A DNA stretch of 64,000 nt from NCBI GenBank assembly GCA_019637815.1, contig JAHBUZ010000011.1:18758-82757 (forward strand). The letters are read 5' to 3'. Shown here piece by piece: positions 62,469-64,000 of the stretch (position 1 is its first letter; each line of letters starts with the position of its first letter). The notes under the pieces were generated by a model. The model saw only the letters and a program-made list of their open reading frames with translations. It was not told the origin of the DNA and made no database searches. The position numbers were made by a program, and so were the translations under genes. The DNA comes from Chloroflexota bacterium (GTDB lineage: Bacteria; Chloroflexota; Limnocylindria; Limnocylindrales; CSP1-4).

Positions 62469-63335
62469 TCAGGCGCGCAAGAGCGCCGACAGCGTCGCAT
62501 GATGGGGAGGTGGCGCTGCCACGATGCCCGTCGCGCGCGTCGGCCGGGTGAGATCGAACCAGGGACCGCCATCCACGGCGGTCACGGTCGCGCCTCCCTC
62601 CTGCGCGATGAGCCCGGCGGCGGCGATGTCCCAGAGCGACAGGCCCCGCCACTGGACGAAGGCACCGAACCGACCACTGGCGACCCACGTCAGACCGAGG
62701 GCGGCCGAGCCCATCGAGCGGGGCACACGGACCGCCTTCCGGATGGCCAGCTCCCGTCGCGCGAACCCGGAGGGTGGCAACGCCAGCGAGATGACGGCGT
62801 CCCCGAGGTCCGCCCCTGGGGCGTGGATAGGTCGACCGTCCAGATGCGCGCCGTGTCCGGCGACCGCGCTGAAGACCTCGTCCCGCATCGGGTCGAGGAC
62901 CACGCCCACGGCGGGGCGACCTCCGACGATGAGTCCGATGGACACGCAGAAGTGGGGGATGCCCGCCGCGTAGTTGACGGTGCCATCGAGCGGGTCGATG
63001 ACCCAGATCCGATGGTCGGCAGCGACCGGCGCACGCGCCCCGGCGCCATCCTGCGGCCCATCGGCCCGCTGCGCGTCCGAGTGCCCTGACTCCTCGGCGA
63101 GCACCGAGTCTGCCGGGAACGCGGCACGGAGCGCCACGATGATCGCCTCCTCGGACCGATGGTCGGCCTCGGTCACGACGTCGCGGGCGCTCTTCTTGAC
63201 GACGTGCTCGAGCCGCTCGTAGCGCTCGACCTGGATGGCCGCCGCCGCGCGGGCGGCCGCGATGGCGACCTCCAGCTCGCGGGCGTGGCTGGGCGCGCGG
63301 GACGCGCTGGACGGATGGGCGACGGACGTGGACAC
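62469..63335 (-). CDS. inositol monophosphatase-family protein (SuhB/ImpA-like)
   Basis: Motifs WVIDPLDGT and ASGRFGAF. GTG start at 63335. Confidence 0.8.
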   Translation of the reverse strand: MSTSVAHPSSASRAPSHARELEVAIAAARAAAAIQVERYERLEHVVKKSARDVVTEADHRSEEAIIVALRAAFPADSVLAEESGHSDAQRADGPQDGAGARAPVAADHRIWVIDPLDGTVNYAAGIPHFCVSIGLIVGGRPAVGVVLDPMRDEVFSAVAGHGAHLDGRPIHAPGADLGDAVISLALPPSGFARRELAIRKAVRVPRSMGSAALGLTWVASGRFGAFVQWRGLSLWDIAAAGLIAQEGGATVTAVDGGPWFDLTRPTRATGIVAAPPPHHATLSALLRA

Positions 63336-63382
63336 GCACCCGATGCTACCGGGACCGGGCGGGTGGCGCGTACCATCGGTCG

Positions 63383-64000
63383 ATGCCCAGCGCCTCCGGG
63401 ACGTCCGCTCGCTGGATCCTGGTCGCGGTCGTGCTCGCGTCCGGGATCGTGTTCCTGGACTCGACCGTGGTCAACGTGGCGCTGCCACGCATCGGACAGG
63501 AGCTGCCGTCGTCGGTCCTCGGCACGCTCGAGGCACAGGCGTACATCACGAGCGGCTATCTCGCGATGCTGTCCGCGTCGCTCATCATCGCGGGGGCGCT
63601 CGCGGACCGGTACGGCCGACGGCGCATCTTCATCATCGGTCTGGTGGCCTTCGGGGCCACGTCCGCGCTGTGCGGCATCGCCCCGACCATGGAGCTGCTG
63701 GTCGTGGCGCGGCTCCTCCAGGGCGCCGCGGGTGCGCTCCTCGTGCCCGGCCCGCTGTCCATCATCACGGCCAGCTTCGAGGGTTCCGCGCGCGCCCGGG
63801 CGATCGGCATCTGGTCCGCCGCCACATCGGCGCTCACCATCCTCGGCCCGCTCGTGGGCGGTCTGCTGGTGGACTCGTTCAGCTGGCGCATCGCGTTCCT
63901 CGTGAACGTGCCGCTCGTCCTGGTCGGTCTCTACGCGGCGATCCGCCATGTGCCCGAGTCGCGCGATCCCGATGCGCCGCGCCGGCTCGACTGGCTGGGC
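63383..64000 (+). CDS. MFS transporter (DHA2/EmrB-like), 5' portion; gene runs off the window end
   Basis: ATG at 63383, then MPSASGTSARWILVAVVLASGIVFLDSTVVNVALPRIGQELP... with motif A (ADRYGRRR) and successive TM helices. It is not in the ORF track because no stop falls within the window. Confidence 0.7.
   Translation, partial: MPSASGTSARWILVAVVLASGIVFLDSTVVNVALPRIGQELPSSVLGTLEAQAYITSGYLAMLSASLIIAGALADRYGRRRIFIIGLVAFGATSALCGIAPTMELLVVARLLQGAAGALLVPGPLSIITASFEGSARARAIGIWSAATSALTILGPLVGGLLVDSFSWRIAFLVNVPLVLVGLYAAIRHVPESRDPDAPRRLDWLG

Noticed and set aside
1-64000. Search for mobile elements, CRISPR arrays, rRNA/tRNA genes, toxin-antitoxin or phage-defence genes
   Set aside because: I saw no transposase or integrase-like ORFs and no direct-repeat/spacer arrays. 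I found no tRNA-like cloverleaf candidates and no defence-system signatures by eye. The only repeat array is the in-frame 60-bp coding repeat at 51455.

Overview
This is a high-GC (around 70%) chromosomal segment of actinobacterial type, with frequent GTG/TTG starts and many 4-nt ATGA/GTGA start-stop overlaps. I saw no rRNA, tRNA, CRISPR array, transposase or integrase. From about 0.05 to 40.5 kb the window is an almost uninterrupted run of carbohydrate, sugar-acid and lactone catabolic operons, nearly all on the minus strand. It holds five ABC uptake systems: one BMP/nucleoside-type, two ribose-type and two CUT1 (MalFG-type). It holds three LacI regulators and one GntR regulator. It also holds seven candidate lactone-opening enzymes from three superfamilies: three phosphotriesterase (PTE)-like, three SMP-30/gluconolactonase-like, and one amidohydrolase-2. 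Around these sit seven SDR dehydrogenases, two enolase-superfamily dehydratases, two MaoC-like hydratases, RidA, a VOC protein, a muconolactone-isomerase-like protein, a class-II fumarase/PcaB-like lyase, a family-III CoA-transferase and an L-fucose/arabinose-isomerase-like protein. Two CUT1 modules (SBP, permease F, permease G, SMP-30, SDR, enolase) lie in tandem and look like a segmental duplication. From 40.8 to 44.6 kb on the plus strand is the most unusual unit. It is a translationally coupled operon encoding a free-standing lipoyl-domain protein, a free-standing 2-oxoacid-dehydrogenase E2 catalytic domain with no E1/E3-binding domain, a CitE-like acyl-CoA lyase, a MaoC hydratase and a PfkB sugar kinase. 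The remainder carries a GAF-GGDEF-EAL membrane sensor, PEP carboxylase, a cupredoxin lipoprotein, a proline-racemase-family enzyme fused to an N-terminal extension with three tandem 60-bp acidic repeats, an ECF sigma factor coupled to an Ogt + Ada-Zn-finger fusion protein, a SAM methyltransferase, a tandem-duplicated PQQ-type soluble sugar dehydrogenase, aceE, polyphosphate glucokinase, a 5'-3' exonuclease, an inositol monophosphatase and a truncated MFS transporter. Several near-identical palindromes (GACAATCG[A/C]TTGTC, CAAACGTTTG, TGTTGACaGTCAACA) sit about 75 nt or less upstream of operon first genes and are candidate LacI/GntR operators. Coordinates for intergenic motifs were read by eye and may be off by 1-2 nt.
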